Below are positions 62,863-64,000 of a stretch of DNA of 64,000 nt, piece after piece. Numbering within the stretch: position 1 is the first letter of the stretch; each line of letters opens with the position of its first letter. Origin of the DNA: Leucoraja erinacea (Eukaryota); NCBI RefSeq assembly GCF_028641065.1, contig NC_073397.1:38192001-38256000 (forward strand), in the 5' to 3' direction. A program made the translations under genes and the position numbers. The notes under the pieces are model-generated. The model made no database searches, was not told where the DNA came from, and saw nothing but the letters and a program-made list of their open reading frames with translations.

Positions 62863-63478
62863 TGGACACAAAGTACTGGAGTAACTCAGCGGGACAGGAG
62901 GCATCTCTGGAGAGAAGGAATGGATGTTGTTTCGTGTCGAGACCCTTCATCAGAGAGGAGGGGCAGGATGAATCCTTGTAGATAATAGGTTGATACTGGA
63001 GAGGGAGAGGGGGGAATTCATAACCGGATGATTGGACAAAGTCCAGAGATGAAAAGACAGGGTATGAGAGAAAAGGATTAAAGAGTTGCGAATTGGAAGC
63101 TAAAAGAAGGAATGTCGGTGGGAGGGATAGGGGGGAAGTAGGTGGGAGTCGACAGGGGGGGGACGTCTGGGGGAAGAAGGGAAGGCGGGGTTTGTAGATA
63201 CCAAAATTGGAGAAATCAATATTCATGCCACCATTGTGCTGTAAGCTGCCCAAGTGCAATATGAGGTGCTGTTTCTCCAGTTTGTGCCTGGCTTCAGTCG
63301 AAAGAGACTGAGGACTGAAAGGTCATTATGGAAATGGGAAGTGGACTTGCAATGGTTAGCAACCGGGAGATCCAATAGGCATTGGCAGATTGAATGCAGG
63401 TGTTCTGTGAAACAGCCGTGGAGTCTACATTCGTTTTGCTAATGCACAGGAGGCCGCATCGGAACACCAGAACAATAG
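62863..63478 (-). mobile_element. Penelope-like element 3' fragment (GIY-YIG C-terminus + pLTR)
   Basis: Minus strand LEKQHLILHLGSLQHNGGMNIDFSNF, then pyrimidine tract and CTGATGAAGGGTCTCGACACGAAAC. Confidence 0.8.
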
Positions 63479-63479
63479 T

Positions 63480-63733
63480 ACCTCATCTACTTCGTCTGGT
63501 GTTCCTTGTGTCTTTTTATGTCTAGCCTTTATCCAACTATCCCCCTTCCCCCTCACCTGCCCCTCTTCTCTTCCAGCTTTCTCTCGCCCTACCCCACTTA
63601 CAATCAGCCTGAAGAAGGGTCCCAACCCAAAATGTTACCTATCCGTGTTTTCCAGAGGTGCTGCCTGACTACCTGAGTTATTCCTGCTCTCTGTCTTTTT
63701 GTAAACCAGCATCTGCAGTTCCTTGTTTCTCCA
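63480..63733 (+). mobile_element. Penelope pLTR in inverted orientation to the adjacent fragment
   Basis: cctgaagaagggtcccaacccaaaatgttacc...ccagcatctgcagttcc. Confidence 0.75.
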
Positions 63734-64000
63734 GTTATTTGGAGGTGAGGACTCAAGATTCTTGGTACGCTTTGTGTGGAAGTGCTGTCTGATAATCTTA
63801 AATGGTGTACCTCCCATTTTAGAAGTTATAATCCTTGTACTTATTTTGCCACAGGCAGAAGGAGTGCACCCTTTTCTCAAAAAACCCTGTCTTACCCACT
63901 AAAACTGATTGTGATGTGGTCCTGATGCAAGGTGTCAACCCAAAATATTGACTTGCTTCCACAGATGCTGCTTGACCTACTGAAGTTTTTCCAACGTTGC

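Noticed and set aside
2508-64000. Next constitutive DLGAP exon (KKTPPPVPPRT)
   Set aside because: Not found in the ORF track or by reading; presumably beyond the window

Overview
Vertebrate genomic DNA, most likely a cartilaginous fish (skate/ray), inferred from HE1/V-SINE, SacSINE-like, CR1, Rex/Babar and Penelope repeats. The window lies inside a + strand DLGAP (SAPAP) gene, most likely DLGAP4. Two coding exons (1124-1271, 2267-2507) are followed by an intron that runs past the window end; the next expected exon (KKTPPPVPPR) was not found. The intron holds a CpG-island internal promoter and first exon (~27.1-28.1 kb), preceded by a ~1.1 kb TTAGGG/TCAGGG telomere-variant array. It also holds a near full-length CR1 LINE with intact ORF1, many truncated CR1/Rex/L1 copies, two Harbinger-type MITEs, several minisatellites and two N gaps. 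The most notable unexplained signal is a family of short Penelope-derived elements (about 15 copies, some fold-back) carrying a minimal hammerhead-ribozyme-like core (CTGAnGA-A-stem-GAAACGTC) with compensatory stem changes. There are also candidate unannotated DLGAP4 exons. All family assignments come from recalled motifs, not database searches.
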